Of a DNA stretch of 48,884 nucleotides, positions 18,136 to 27,636 are shown piece by piece (positions within the stretch are counted from its first letter, which is position 1; every line of letters begins with the position of its first letter). Below the pieces are notes generated by a model. The model worked only from the letters and a program-made list of their open reading frames with translations, was not told the origin of the DNA and did no database searches. Origin of the DNA: a virus (taxonomy: Duplodnaviria; Caudoviricetes). Location: positions 1 through 48,884 of IMG/VR virus record IMGVR_UViG_3300044210_000049, one strand, 5' to 3'. A program made the position numbers and the translations under genes.

Positions 18136-18597
18136 AAGAAAGTGTATTCTATTGAATACAGAAAAAAATAAAATAAATAAAAAATATTATTGCTTTTTGT
18201 TTCGGCATGGGTTATTATTATGGCTAAGTTTTTTTGTGAGAGGAAAAAACAAATTAAAAAGGGTTTTCGATTACTTCCATCCGCTGCTCTCACCAGCGGG
18301 CGGACAGAACAAATCGGAAGCCCTTTTTCATTTGGTAGTCGCCCTGCGAAAGCGAGCGACAAAGCGTATTTATCGGGGTTAGGAAAGCGGGAAACCGCGT
18401 GGTTACCTGGTAAATATTCCCGGTAGAAACCGGGGCTTGATCTAAAGCGCAATTCTCTATACTCCCAATGTTTACAAATACAAAGGGGATTTAGGGGTTG
18501 CGTTTGGAGCTTGATCAAATGCAAATACGTAGGCTTCGCTCCCCCGGAACTAGAACGTTTTATTTAAATTTATTGAATTAATAGACTGGATTATATT

Positions 18598-18777
18598 TTG
18601 ACCAACAAACCCATCACCCCGGTTGAACGCCTATCCAGATATCTGCTATGGGATCAACCGGAAATAAAATTTGTTGATTATGATGATTTTTATAAATGGG
18701 CAAAAACTCTCAGACATTCCGACGATGACATCAAAACCGCCTGGGATAAACACCGGCAGCTCTATGGGAGCAAATAA
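18598..18777 (+). CDS. Hypothetical protein (59 aa, TTG start)
   Basis: Open frame TNKPITPVERLSRYLLWDQ... Confidence 0.45.
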   Translation: MTNKPITPVERLSRYLLWDQPEIKFVDYDDFYKWAKTLRHSDDDIKTAWDKHRQLYGSK

Positions 18778-18858
18778 TGGCAATGACAATAATGGCCGTC
18801 GGCATCGGCGCCATCACCGCATTTGTTGGATACATGATCTATAGAGGGATAAAAAAAA

Positions 18859-19095
18859 ATGATGATAAAACGGCCTGAACTGATTTTCGATGGCATTCAA
18901 ATAAAATCCGAAGAAATTTTCCGCCGTTTCGCCGCTGCCGTGGAAACAATAGAACAGATATGCGGGATACACTCTACGCGCATCACTCTCAAAAATGTAT
19001 TTTTTTGCCCGGATATTGATCGGGAACACTGTCGGCAAACCCCAATGGAGCGCCTCCTAATCGGACTCATAGACAAGCTCGATTCGCTAAAATAG
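18859..19095 (+). CDS. Hypothetical protein
   Basis: 78 aa, GAGG RBS. Confidence 0.55.
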   Translation: MMIKRPELIFDGIQIKSEEIFRRFAAAVETIEQICGIHSTRITLKNVFFCPDIDREHCRQTPMERLLIGLIDKLDSLK

Positions 19096-19195
19096 ATATT
19101 TGTTAATTTTTTAATAAAATAATTATTTTTGTGTTAAAAAATAGTATATTAACGGTTAAATAGCGTTAAAATCCTGCAAAACAGATTATAAACAG

Positions 19196-19552
19196 ATGCA
19201 AAACATATTAAATCTTATTGTAAAAAAACAATGGTTCGATAAGATTTTATCTGGCGAAAAATCTAAGGACTTTCGCGACCATACTTCCTATTGGGATTTA
19301 AGGCTTGATGGCAAAGATGGTTTTTATTCTATTATTAGATTCCAATTGGGATATTCCCCAACGGCAATTTTTTGCGAATGCAAAGGTATTAAAAAGGACT
19401 TTAAAAACGATTTATATGTCGTTTTGATAGGTAATAAATTAACAGAAAGTGAGGTTTTTTATGGCGAAAAAACGAACAGCGCCCAAAGGCAAACCTTCGA
19501 TGAGAAGCGCAAACACAAAATGGAAAAGCGGGAAGGGCTCTCGTGGCGGTAG
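19196..19552 (+). CDS. ASCH/PUA-domain protein
   Basis: LNLIVKKQWFDKILSGEKSKDFR..YW..RL...FQLGY. Confidence 0.8.
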   Translation: MQNILNLIVKKQWFDKILSGEKSKDFRDHTSYWDLRLDGKDGFYSIIRFQLGYSPTAIFCECKGIKKDFKNDLYVVLIGNKLTESEVFYGEKTNSAQRQTFDEKRKHKMEKREGLSWR

Positions 19553-19610
19553 AGGTGGTGCTACTGGTGTTGGCGGGGGATTGGGAAGATTTTGAGAAAA
19601 GGGGTTTTTA
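19461..19610 (+). CDS. Small basic Gly-rich protein
   Basis: MAKKRTAPKGKPSMRS...GSRGGRGG, GAGG RBS. Confidence 0.5.
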
Positions 19611-20047
19611 GGCCGGTTGACGATGTTTCGAAAAATATTAAAAGCCTATCGGTAAAGGATATTGATGAGCATGTTCGCGAACAATCAGGATTTGAATGGA
19701 TTATATCTGGAGAAAAAGCCCATGATTCTATTGTTCGTAGGGCAATGCTTAAAAAGTGTAGGGGTGTTGACGAAAGAAGGAAAAGGTGTTTTCCTTTGAC
19801 GGCCTGGTCAACATCGACAGTTTTCAACTACGTCAAGCGCAATAAAATTTTTCTTCCTTCAGATTATGGCATGTTCGGTAACTCATTTGGCAAATTATGG
19901 TATGAAGAATTGTCCCAAATTAAAAAGCATTATCCAGATGATTATCAAAAAATTTTAGAGGTTTTTCCTTATGCAGAATCAGCAATCAAGCGTTTTGAAT
20001 TCTACGGTGACAAGATTTCAAAAATTCTCGTTCATCACCGTACATAG
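19592..20047 (+). pseudogene. PAPS-reductase-like protein, apparently lacking its N-terminus
   Basis: GEKAHDSIVRRAML...CFPLTAWS...YPDDYQKILEVFP; no N-terminal SGGKDS loop and no clear RBS. Confidence 0.55.
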
Positions 20048-20672
20048 ATCACAGATTAAAAACGCTCCATACAACCCTCGCTTCATCGATCCACAAGCCC
20101 GCACACGGCTTAAAAAAAAGATCGAGAAAGACGGGCTTATAGAGGGCTTAGTATGGAACGAACGAACCGGCAATTTAGTATCAGGGCATCAGCGCTTAGG
20201 AATAATTGACGACCTTGAAGGAAAACAGGATTATTCTTTAACTGTTTGCCGTATTGATGTTACTGAAAAGAAGGAAAAAGAGCTTAATGTTTTTTTAAAT
20301 AACTCTTCAGCGCAAGGATCTTTCGATTTTGATTTGGTGAAGAATCTTTTATCTGAAGATGGCGTAAAAGTTGAGGAATTTGGGTTTGATAATATTGAAG
20401 TCAAGGATATTACAGGTATTGATATTGGGGAAGAATTTTTCAATGCTCCGGCAGCCGTTGCCACTCAAAAGAAAATTGAGACAATAAAAGAACGTCGCAA
20501 AAAAATGAAAGAAGAAGGGCAAAAGAAAGATAATGTCGATTTTTATTTGATTGCTGTTTTCGAAAGTAGTATTCATGCTGATGCACTTCTTGATAGGCTT
20601 GGACTTCCCAAGGATAATAAATACATCAATGGTGATATTATTCTTTCTGCGTTAGGTGATAAAAATGCCTAA
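19971..20672 (+). CDS. ParB-like N-terminal domain protein
   Basis: APYNPR...GLVWNERTGNLVSGHQRL. Confidence 0.85.
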   Translation: MQNQQSSVLNSTVTRFQKFSFITVHRSQIKNAPYNPRFIDPQARTRLKKKIEKDGLIEGLVWNERTGNLVSGHQRLGIIDDLEGKQDYSLTVCRIDVTEKKEKELNVFLNNSSAQGSFDFDLVKNLLSEDGVKVEEFGFDNIEVKDITGIDIGEEFFNAPAAVATQKKIETIKERRKKMKEEGQKKDNVDFYLIAVFESSIHADALLDRLGLPKDNKYINGDIILSALGDKNA

Positions 20673-21057
20673 AAAGCTATTTCAAAAAGGTCAATCAGGA
20701 AATCCCAACGGTCGCCCCAAAAAGGAGCATTGCTTTTCTGATATTGCTCGACAAATTCTTTCTGCTAAAAAATTGGATATTGAATATACTTTCCCGTCTG
20801 GCGGGACCATGAAACTTTCTAAGGTCCATCTTGAAAGTGATAAAACATTTTACCATAGTCTTGTTTGCGCTTTGCTTAAGGAAGGACTTGACGGAAACGT
20901 GCAAGCTGTAAAAGAGCTTATAGACCGTACCGAAGGCAAAGCCATTGAGTCAATAGACCATACCACTAAGGGTGAAAAGATAGTTCAAAATACATACAAT
21001 GTTGTGTCCGCTAAAACCGCCGAAGCTTTGAAAGAGATTGACAAAAATGGTATATAA
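20665..21057 (+). CDS. terS: Terminase small subunit
   Basis: FQKGQSGNPNGRPK...ELIDRTEGK; directly upstream of TerL. Confidence 0.8.
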   Translation: MPKKLFQKGQSGNPNGRPKKEHCFSDIARQILSAKKLDIEYTFPSGGTMKLSKVHLESDKTFYHSLVCALLKEGLDGNVQAVKELIDRTEGKAIESIDHTTKGEKIVQNTYNVVSAKTAEALKEIDKNGI

Positions 21058-22215
21058 TTGCACTAATGTTTTTGACCGCAATCTTGATGCAATTCTAAAA
21101 AAAAAAGAGTTATCATCAACCAGGGCGGGACATCGAGCAGTAAAACATTTTCAGTTATTCAGCTCGTTGATAAAATATGCACGACAATTAAAAGAAAATT
21201 TCTATTTTCAATTGTTTCTGAAAGCCATCCTCATTTAAAACGTGGATGCATTCGTGATTTTCAAAACATCAAAGGCGACACGTGGGAAGATTCGAGATGG
21301 AATCGCACAAACAGCATTTATGAATACGACAATGCAACATTGGAATTCTTCTCCGCTGATGAAGCAAGTAAACTCCGTGGCGGTCGTAGGAATGCTCTTT
21401 TCGTTAATGAGTGCAATAATATTACCGGTCAATCTGCTGACGAATTGTTTGTTCGTACTTCTGAATTTATTATCCTTGACTATAATCCTGTTAGTGAATT
21501 TTGGATTCACGAAAAAGGTCTTATCCATGATCAAAAATCAGAATTTATACATAGCACTTACCTTGATGCAAAGCACGTTTTACCAAAAGCCATTGTTGAG
21601 GATATCGAAAGTAGAAAGGATAAAGACCCGAATTGGTGGCGAGTTTATGGCTTGGGAGAAATCGGAAACGTTGAAGGGCTTGTCCATCCAAAATTTGAAC
21701 TTATTAACAGCCTTCCAAGTGGTGGGATAGTTTTTTATGGCCTTGACTGGGGTTTTTCAAATGATCCAACCTCTTTGGTAAAATGTGTTATAATTAAAGA
21801 CTGGCTGCTATGCGATCAATTAATTTATGAGAAGGGGTTAACGAATCAACAAATTGCATCGCGTTTTCAAACTCTTGGAATACGGAAAAATTACGATGAA
21901 ATATTCGCGGACTCGGCAGAACCAAAAAGTATTAAAGAAATTCAACTATATGGCTACAATATAAAGCCGACAGTAAAGGGAGCCGATAGCGTTTTAGCTG
22001 GAATTCAAAAGGTAAATCAATATAATCAGGCATGGACTAAAAGAAGTCTTGATTCAATTAAGGAGCAGCGTAATTACCGATATATCGAGGATTCAAATGG
22101 CAAGATTACAAATAAACCCATGGATGATTTTAACCATTCGATGGACGCAAGGCGCGGAGCGGTATTTACAAAGATTACAGTTAACCCAGGCCAGGCCCTT
22201 CGGCTCGCAATTTAA
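21047..22215 (+). CDS. terL: Terminase large subunit (PBSX-like), split by a -1 frameshift at A10
   Basis: After the A10 run (21097-21106) the -1 frame reads RVIINQGGTSSSKT...FVNECN...GLDWGFSNDP...FNHSMDA. Confidence 0.9.
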
Positions 22216-22228
22216 AAAAGGATAAAAT

Positions 22229-23794
22229 ATGAGCGATTTAAACACGATTCTTGAAGGTCAAAATAATATCCCATTGCAAAGCCCGACAGCGCAAAACCAA
22301 GATATTCCTGAGCGCTTTAAAATACAAGATCAAGATGCCTGGCGAGATGTTAGACAGTTGCATCCTTGCGATTTTATGAAGTATACATACGAAGGATCGG
22401 AGGGGTACAAGGATGGATCATTCTTAATCCCATTCGTTCGAGAACAATTTTACGAAGATCGGCGCGCATTCTCGTATTATATTCCGATCTTCAAGGCAAT
22501 AATAGACGCAATGATTGATCCTGTATTTAACAAACTTTCCACAATAGACGGTAAGATTGAAGATAAAAAAATAAATGGATTTATAGAAAATTGTGATGAT
22601 TGCGAAACATCAGTGAAAGATTTTATTTGGAATGCAACAATTAACGAATTACTATACGGAGTTAATTTCATAGTTGTTGACAATATAAAAACAACTACTA
22701 ATCCTGCAACTAATATGCCATATACCGAAGAAGAGGTATTGGCTGGGCGTCTTTACCCGTATTGTTACGAGAAATCGCCGTCACAAGTATACGATTATAA
22801 AGTTGATGACAAGGGCAAGTTATTGTCAATAACGTTTTTTGACCGCGAGGAAGAAGTAAAAGAAGACAAAAAAACAATTTCGCGAAAATATTATCGATAT
22901 TGGGACTCTCAAATATGGAAAGTTTTTCATATCGATGATGGGAAGGACGACAATGAGATTGAGGACGAGCAAGGGACACATGGACTTGGCGTGATTCCGG
23001 TAATCAAGATGATGAATTTTGTTAGGTCAAAAAGCCTGGCAGAATTTCCTCAACCACCGCTTTACCACCTTGCTTTTTTATGCTTTGCTCTTTTCAATAA
23101 AGAAACTTTCGTTCAGGTACTAGAACTTTTCCAGTCCTTTTCAGTGTTTTATACGAGCGGGTTAGATGTTTCAAGCGTTGTACTTGGCGCAGCTACATTT
23201 TTAAATTGCGGGACTGATGCGAAATTTCCTCCAGGATACGCAAGCCCGGACTCTTCACATTGCGCGCAAATGGTTTCGAATTGCGAGCGCCTCGTCGATT
23301 TAATTTATAAAGTTGCTGATCAGGCCGGCGTAGTAGGAATAAAGGAAGAATCAAGCGGACTTGCCAAAAAATGGGATTTCAGGGCGCAGGAATCCATCCT
23401 TTGCAATGTTGCTGATGCTGCAAAAAATACGGCCAAGCAAATGGTAAAAATGTTTTGCCGGTATACCAAGCAGGATGCTATTGCTGATAAATTCGAACCA
23501 GATTTTCCGCATGACTTTGATCCTGGACGTGATGCTGAGCGTATTACTAACGGCCTTGCGATAGTCAGGGAAATGCCTCCCGAATCAGTCGCCCTTGCAG
23601 CATGGGAAGAAATTATCAAGGCGTTTTTGAAAGGTGACGATAAAAAAATAAAGGAAATAATGGACGGCCTTAAGGTTGAAATAGAAGAGAAGAAAGCCAG
23701 GGAAGCCGCGGAAAAGGAAGCAGCCTTGATGGGCGCATTAGAAGATGAAAATATGGACGATGAAATAGAAAATAATGATGAAACACCAAAATAA
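22229..23794 (+). CDS. Portal protein
   Basis: 521 aa after TerL; HGLGVIPV and SGLAKKWDF motifs. Confidence 0.85.
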   Translation: MSDLNTILEGQNNIPLQSPTAQNQDIPERFKIQDQDAWRDVRQLHPCDFMKYTYEGSEGYKDGSFLIPFVREQFYEDRRAFSYYIPIFKAIIDAMIDPVFNKLSTIDGKIEDKKINGFIENCDDCETSVKDFIWNATINELLYGVNFIVVDNIKTTTNPATNMPYTEEEVLAGRLYPYCYEKSPSQVYDYKVDDKGKLLSITFFDREEEVKEDKKTISRKYYRYWDSQIWKVFHIDDGKDDNEIEDEQGTHGLGVIPVIKMMNFVRSKSLAEFPQPPLYHLAFLCFALFNKETFVQVLELFQSFSVFYTSGLDVSSVVLGAATFLNCGTDAKFPPGYASPDSSHCAQMVSNCERLVDLIYKVADQAGVVGIKEESSGLAKKWDFRAQESILCNVADAAKNTAKQMVKMFCRYTKQDAIADKFEPDFPHDFDPGRDAERITNGLAIVREMPPESVALAAWEEIIKAFLKGDDKKIKEIMDGLKVEIEEKKAREAAEKEAALMGALEDENMDDEIENNDETPK

Positions 23795-23801
23795 TAATTA
23801 A

Positions 23802-24965
23802 ATGCAAAACCCATCACTAAAATTCTACTCCGAATTCGACCGCAAATATTCTGCCTTGATTAAAAAGGTCATTGCCGAGATAGTCGATAAAATCGGGACC
23901 GAAACCGATCCACTAAAAATTGGATTGATCGTAAACGAGACTTTCAAAAAATACGACGTAAAAGCCAAGGCGAAGAACTTCGTCATGGACTCCATTGCAA
24001 AAAGTGTTGCGGTTGGTGCTGGAATAAAAGAAGCCTCGGCGCCGCTTGTCATTAAACGTTGGTATCTCGAAAACGTTTATGACGCTTCGGGAGTTAAATT
24101 TTCCGACAAAATAAACGATCTTGCACGTACCAACGAAATGATAGTGCATATAAAAAAAAGCCTCAAAACAGGTTCATCATGGCGCAAAGCAGCGCAAGAC
24201 CTTTCAGATACCGGAATACAAGCCAAGGACGTGGCAAAGGACGTTGATAATCTTTTGACCAAGGCGCGGCAAGGGTTCAAGCTTGCCAATGATCCTGAGG
24301 GCTATAAGAAATATTATAGGGAAGTGCGAAAGGTTCAATCTCGTATAAATAGTCTTGTTGAGCCCGGTACTTCCAAACTTAAACGAGCCTATCAAGATAT
24401 TGTCGATTTGAGCGATGGAGCAAGTGCTAAGGCGCTGGAAAATGCCGAATATTACGCTGGGTATTTCAAACAACGTTACAACGCCGAGCGTATAGCGAGC
24501 ACCGAAATATCGCGCGCCTACACACAGGGGAAGCAGATCAACGCGCTTGCCAATGACGATATAATCGGCTTTCAGGTTGTTTTGAGTACCGCTCACGCAA
24601 AATTCGATATATGCGATTTTTGGGCAAACAATGACGCTTATGGTATGGGCAAGGGGTGCTCCCCTAAGACGCACATGCCGCCATTCCCGTTCCATCCACA
24701 CGATTGGTGCATTTTAGTTGAGATTTATTCAGGCGAGACAAAAGAGGCATCTGGCGATGATTATAACCATGATAAAATTAAAAAATTTATCAGCAATTTA
24801 TCAAAGGAAGATCAAGATTCGCTTATGGGCAAGGGGGGAGCCGAAGCATTTCGGGAGAACCCAGATTCTTGGGCTAACCAGATAAACAGTTTCAAGAAGC
24901 CGCGTGATGTTAAATTTAAAAATGTTGGTAAATTGAAAGAGGCTCTTTATGGAGGAAATAAATAA
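23802..24965 (+). CDS. Minor head morphogenesis protein (MuF-like)
   Basis: AERIASTEISRAY...DICD...PPFPFHPH. Confidence 0.8.
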   Translation: MQNPSLKFYSEFDRKYSALIKKVIAEIVDKIGTETDPLKIGLIVNETFKKYDVKAKAKNFVMDSIAKSVAVGAGIKEASAPLVIKRWYLENVYDASGVKFSDKINDLARTNEMIVHIKKSLKTGSSWRKAAQDLSDTGIQAKDVAKDVDNLLTKARQGFKLANDPEGYKKYYREVRKVQSRINSLVEPGTSKLKRAYQDIVDLSDGASAKALENAEYYAGYFKQRYNAERIASTEISRAYTQGKQINALANDDIIGFQVVLSTAHAKFDICDFWANNDAYGMGKGCSPKTHMPPFPFHPHDWCILVEIYSGETKEASGDDYNHDKIKKFISNLSKEDQDSLMGKGGAEAFRENPDSWANQINSFKKPRDVKFKNVGKLKEALYGGNK

Positions 24966-25171
24966 TGCTTTGCCAATGGTGCGGATACGATCACGTTAAT
25001 ATTTTGGCAATAGTTCGCTGCGGTGCTTTTAATTATATAAAATTAATTACAGAAATAAAAGCCAGGCGAGAAAAAGAAGCTGAATTACTTAAAATTAATG
25101 CTGATGTTTTAGATAGCCTGAAAGCAGAATTGAAGAGGTTGGAAAATGCATCAAGGAGTAATGTCAAATGA
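24965..25171 (+). CDS. Hypothetical protein
   Basis: 68 aa, coupled start, GGAGG RBS. Confidence 0.6.
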   Translation: MLCQWCGYDHVNILAIVRCGAFNYIKLITEIKARREKEAELLKINADVLDSLKAELKRLENASRSNVK

Positions 25172-25552
25172 AAATATCTGATGCCTGCAATCTTATTTCT
25201 GAAAAGGTACAAAAGGAAATAATGGATAATATACGATCAAACGGGAATATCCAAATTGAAATAAATTACTCACAAGGAGCAGTCAACGACGTTAAAATAA
25301 TGCCAAAAAGGATTTACACTAAATCGAAAAATGAGGAATAATAAGATTTAAATTGCTTTTTTGAATTGTTTTGATATATTATATTACTAATTGATGTACT
25401 TTTTGATTTATTATTTAACTCAACCAAGGGGTTTCAAATGGCCTGTAAAGGCAAAGGCGGAAAGAAAACCGCTCCCGGCAAGAAAAAGCCGGTTGTGAAA
25501 AAGTAGTTTTCGGATTCTGAAGTCGCTCTGGTATTATCCAGGGAATGATCGA

Positions 25553-25591
25553 TGGCCGGTAAGTCCTGAAAAGGATTTATCGGCCTTTTTT
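25553..25591 (+). terminator. Rho-independent terminator
   Basis: ggccggtaagtcct-gaaa-aggatttatcggcc followed by a T run. Confidence 0.7.
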
Positions 25592-25610
25592 ATTTTCGGG
25601 AGAAAAATTA

Positions 25611-26003
25611 ATGAAAAAAATAATGTCGGTTTGGCTTATAGGATTAATACTTTCACTGCCATTTGCTCAAATGGGGAGCGAGCAGGAATCAGCGGGAATC
25701 ATCAAACAGCCTCGGGCAAGCATTCACGGCGACAAGATTTCTTTTGTAAGCAATGTTTACACCCCCAAGCATTTCCTTGGCAATGTTAAATATTGCAAGG
25801 GCGCGATGGTTTGCCCGCCAGGTCATACCGGATTCCTTGCTGTGCATCTTACAGGTGATTCGACTGGCGTTTACACAAAAATTTGGCTTGATACGAATTG
25901 TCTAAAAGAGGGCGCTGAATTCGATTTGGTCGGTGATTCAACCAAGGGTACGACCGTTCATTTTGACACGACATTAACCATTTTCCCGTATCTTTTTAAA
26001 TAG
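25611..26003 (+). CDS. Hypothetical protein with signal peptide
   Basis: MKKIMSVWLIGLILSLPFAQ. Confidence 0.75.
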   Translation: MKKIMSVWLIGLILSLPFAQMGSEQESAGIIKQPRASIHGDKISFVSNVYTPKHFLGNVKYCKGAMVCPPGHTGFLAVHLTGDSTGVYTKIWLDTNCLKEGAEFDLVGDSTKGTTVHFDTTLTIFPYLFK

Positions 26004-26039
26004 TATGGCCTGTGTTTTTTCATTTGAAAGGGGTATGAT

Positions 26040-26582
26040 ATGCCGTTAAAATATCATGGCAATTGTTGGGTTCCTACTGATAACAGAGTTGGAAAATGTT
26101 TAGACATAACTGACTCTAAACTCGAAAACATAACCGGAAGAGTGTTTTATGGCAAAGGTTTAATGAGCGCCGCCAATATGGGCGATGGTTACGGAATTTC
26201 TGAAATAGAACTTGACATTACTGGAAGCCCAACGGGGCACTCTGCCGCTGCTTCGGCGTGGGTAAACATTAATGCAGGAACCGTTCCGGCTGGCAATTAT
26301 GTTTGCGCGCGTAACGATGGGATTTATGAAGAGTCTGCGGCAACCATTACTAATGCGAAACTTGTTTTCGGATCAAGGATGCACAAGATTACGAGCGACA
26401 CCGATGGGCTTTGTTTTCCGTGGTCGGTGAATACCAACAATACGGCTATTACGGCGCTGATTGACTGTAATAACCTTTCAGACCTTGGTGTGACTGCAAC
26501 CGGGAAATCAACCCAAAGTACGTACCTCCCGATATGCCGAGACGCCGCGGGGAATCTTAGATATGTCCTTTTGTATGCTTAA
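26040..26582 (+). CDS. Putative minor structural protein
   Basis: 180 aa beta-rich ORF in the head module. Confidence 0.7.
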   Translation: MPLKYHGNCWVPTDNRVGKCLDITDSKLENITGRVFYGKGLMSAANMGDGYGISEIELDITGSPTGHSAAASAWVNINAGTVPAGNYVCARNDGIYEESAATITNAKLVFGSRMHKITSDTDGLCFPWSVNTNNTAITALIDCNNLSDLGVTATGKSTQSTYLPICRDAAGNLRYVLLYA

Positions 26583-26584
26583 TC

Positions 26585-26785
26585 TTGGGGGAAAAATTGA
26601 TTGATATAAATTTTATCAATGCAAGAATTCAGAAGCTTCAAGAGTCGTATGACGCTACAGTTGAGCGGGCTTTTAGTATTGCAGGAGCCATTCAAGAAGC
26701 TGTCTATTTTAAAAGTATAATTGAAGGTGAAGAGAAAAAGAAAGTTATTAATGAAATCAAGCCCGTAGAGGCTAAAAATAAATAA
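26585..26785 (+). CDS. Small coiled-coil protein
   Basis: 66 aa. Confidence 0.55.
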   Translation: MGEKLIDINFINARIQKLQESYDATVERAFSIAGAIQEAVYFKSIIEGEEKKKVINEIKPVEAKNK

Positions 26786-26846
26786 GCCCGTTGAGGCTGT
26801 CAGTTAACCCGTTGAGGTGTTTTTTAATTTAATGCCCGTTGAGGCA
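26760..26846 (+). repeat. Four mini-hairpin repeats upstream of the scaffold gene
   Basis: agcc-cgtaga-ggct, agcc-cgttga-ggct, acc-cgttga-ggt, tgcc-cgttga-ggca. Confidence 0.8.
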
Positions 26847-26859
26847 AGGAGTTTTTCGA

Positions 26860-27621
26860 ATGGACTTAAAAGTTTTAAAGGAAAAGTACAAAATCGATGA
26901 TGCCGATTCACAGGAACTTGAATCTTTTGTTGAATCATTAAATCAAAAAGGGATTGACGAGAGCAGAAAAAAAGGTGCTGAGATTAAAAAGCATCTTACT
27001 GCAATCGCAACTCTGAAGGATTTTATTAAAAACAAATTTTCAATCGATCCCGATGGCGATATGGAAGAACAGGCAAAGCCCATACTCGAAAAACTCGAAA
27101 AAGCTAATAAGCCTCCAGAGGGAGGATCGCTGCAAGAGCTTGAAGCAAGAATAACTGCAAATTTCAAAAAAGCTGAAAAAGAGCTTAATGAAAAATGGCA
27201 GAAAAAACTTGATGATGAGGCAGCGGCAAAATTAGCGGTTGAGACGAAGTTTAAAAACTCTCGTATAACCGAAATTCTTTCGTCAATGATAGGCGACTCT
27301 ATTCCGGCGAAGGATTTTGTAATTAGGGATTTTCTTTCGGCTGGGAAAGTCAAGCTTACCGATGACAATAAAGTTGTTTTTGTTGATGGCGATGACGAAA
27401 TTGATTCGGTAAAAGGGCTTGACGAATTTAAAAAGAAAAATCCTCACTTGGTTATAAGTCAGCAAGCGCCTGGTTCTGGAGGTTCCGGAAACTCAAGATC
27501 ACAAAGAAATAATTCCGGCGGGCAAACCATTAAATTCACTGATTGGATGGCTCTTCCCCCGAAAGAGAGAGCGGCCTTTCAACTTAACGACAAAAACATC
27601 GTTCTTCCTCGTGAAGACTAA
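26860..27621 (+). CDS. Capsid scaffolding protein
   Basis: Coiled-coil, NPHL...PGSGGSG C-terminus, directly before MCP. Confidence 0.8.
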   Translation: MDLKVLKEKYKIDDADSQELESFVESLNQKGIDESRKKGAEIKKHLTAIATLKDFIKNKFSIDPDGDMEEQAKPILEKLEKANKPPEGGSLQELEARITANFKKAEKELNEKWQKKLDDEAAAKLAVETKFKNSRITEILSSMIGDSIPAKDFVIRDFLSAGKVKLTDDNKVVFVDGDDEIDSVKGLDEFKKKNPHLVISQQAPGSGGSGNSRSQRNNSGGQTIKFTDWMALPPKERAAFQLNDKNIVLPRED

Positions 27622-27636
27622 ACAAGGAGATTAACC

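Noticed and set aside
17985-18524. 179 aa minus-strand ORF
   Set aside because: TTG start, crosses the AT-rich promoter region and has implausible composition.
19550-19592. Amber readthrough or genetic code reassignment joining the ASCH and PAPS-like ORFs
   Set aside because: Long genes are intact in the standard code, TAG ends other genes, and no suppressor tRNA is seen.
19971-20672. ParB as evidence of a plasmid-prophage partition system
   Set aside because: No ParA is present, and the context next to the PAPS-like gene and TerS fits modification-associated ParB-like proteins.
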